DNA of 64,000 bases from Selaginella moellendorffii. Its lineage: Eukaryota > Plantae > Lycopodiophyta. The stretch's first letter is position 1. Each line of letters begins with the position of its first letter. This document shows positions 62,533-64,000 of the stretch, one piece after another. The stretch lies in assembly GCF_000143415.4 (NCBI RefSeq), contig NW_003314316.1:186001-250000 (forward strand), given 5' to 3'. A program made the position numbers and the translations under genes. The notes beneath the pieces are model-generated. The model saw only the letters and a list, made by a program, of their open reading frames with translations, made no database searches and had not been told where the DNA came from.

Positions 62533-64000
62533 AATAGCGTATATATCGATTGAGCATTTTGCCATCCAAAATGTGCTTAAAATCTAGCTTGTGGACTGAA
62601 AAATGCACATCCACAAGCTAACATGTCAAAACAAAAAAATGACATAAAGACATAGTGCAAAAAATTGCATATGTGGTGTGGTGTTAATTTGGACTTTGCC
62701 ATGTATATGTGATGATCACCATTACATTCCCACGCATAAGGAAATTAGTTATAGTTTTATGATTATATAACTTAGCTATGGAAATTATACTTGCTTATAA
62801 TGGTGAAAATATATAAGCATAGAATAAAGTTGAGGTGTGTATGAAAATAATGAAGTTGAGGTATATTTTATTTTCAGATGTATTATATGAGTTTTATTAT
62901 ATTAGTTCTAGAGTTAATCACAACGGTTTGATTGAAGAATATCCTAAAAATACTTGAATTTTCTAAAAGAGTAAAGGAAAAAAGACAATAATAAAACCAT
63001 AAATAATAATGTATAATTAGTTAAACATTTTGAAAGGCATAGAAATTTGATTAAAAGAAAATACAAGCTGCTTTTAGCTCCAGTGCATGTGATTTAATGC
63101 CCATAATTATATACACTTAATGGTAGTGTTACTTGTAACAAAGTAAAAATAAAATTTCTAAATATTTATCCTTAAGTAGATTAACACTCATAATGTGTTT
63201 CTTCATTTAAGAAGAAACCAGTTAAATAGATTGAGACAAATTCCAATAGTCACAGAAATGACTTAGCAATGAATTTATATAGTGATTAGTGCTCAAATAT
63301 ACATCACTAATAACTTAAGTAATAGAAATAGAATACATGAGAATAATATATCAAGAATCAATATACTTTGAAAGAAATTAAATTTGTTATGCTAACAAAT
63401 ATATGCTACCCTCTTATTTGATCAAAGGTGGTTTTGTTTTTCAAAGCTAAATCAAGTTTTTAGTCAAGTTTATTCTAGTTTTGTTTCTCTCTCCCTCTCT
63501 ATTTCATAAGATATCTGTGTACATACATCAGGTGGCTCGGCATATATAAGCTACATTTTATTATTTTGTTTTCTTATATAATAATTTATTGTTCCTACTT
63601 ATCACGGCAAAAATATTAGATAAAATATTAAAAATAATTAGTAATATAAATGAGCTAGTAATTACTAAAATTATCTAAACAAGTTCAATTAGATTAAGTG
63701 GTAGTATGAGACATTGTTAATTTGTGTTCCTGTCGAAAGACAGCGACACAGAAAAGTCTGCTTGTACGAGTAAGAGCAATGCCTATCTGAGGTTGAAGAG
63801 GAGGAAACGCAGAGGGCTACAGAGGTGCACGCAGGAAATGTGACTCACAGAATTTCCTTACTCGAGCTTGCACGTCGCGGCAGGAAAGAGCTCCGGTAGA
63901 GCTCACTCGCCCACGGCGGCAGCAGAAATTCAGCCTGAGGATCACCTCTAGATATTAGTACATTCTCTTCAGATCAGTGGTTTAAAGTAGTGTTTAGTAT

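Noticed and set aside
1-64000. CRISPR arrays, rRNA or prokaryotic operons
   Set aside because: None seen; this is intron-rich plant nuclear DNA and the repeats lack a repeat-spacer structure

Overview
Eukaryotic plant nuclear DNA. The very compact genes with ~50-70 nt introns and the PLS-type PPR gene suggest a lycophyte, most likely Selaginella (inference). Two gene-dense GC-rich blocks (1-14.8 kb and 34.9-60 kb) flank a ~20 kb AT-rich, CpG-poor block of decayed, nested transposons (Ty3/gypsy elements, two TRIM-like mini-retrotransposons, a solo LTR and a probable hAT remnant). Genes, in order: 3' part of a kinesin-4 (FRA1-like), PLS-E PPR, WDR26/GID7-like (apparent 1-nt frameshift), HAD hydrolase, a 3-exon secreted precursor with three tandem Asp-Tyr (RGF/GLV-like) peptide motifs that the ORF track only shows in pieces, a signal peptide peptidase with a transit-peptide-like N-terminus, two divergent putative plastid proteins of unknown function, a class A ARF with uORFs, VAPYRIN, tRNA-Ala, a divergent T-type-like RbcS, tRNA-Leu, a PLIP-type lipase, a PYL ABA receptor, p24beta, a small conserved membrane protein and Fd-GOGAT. 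There is a 100-N gap at 61238-61337. The most interesting candidate is the multi-peptide sulfotyrosine-type precursor at 10810-11345. All family assignments come from motif recognition, not database searches.
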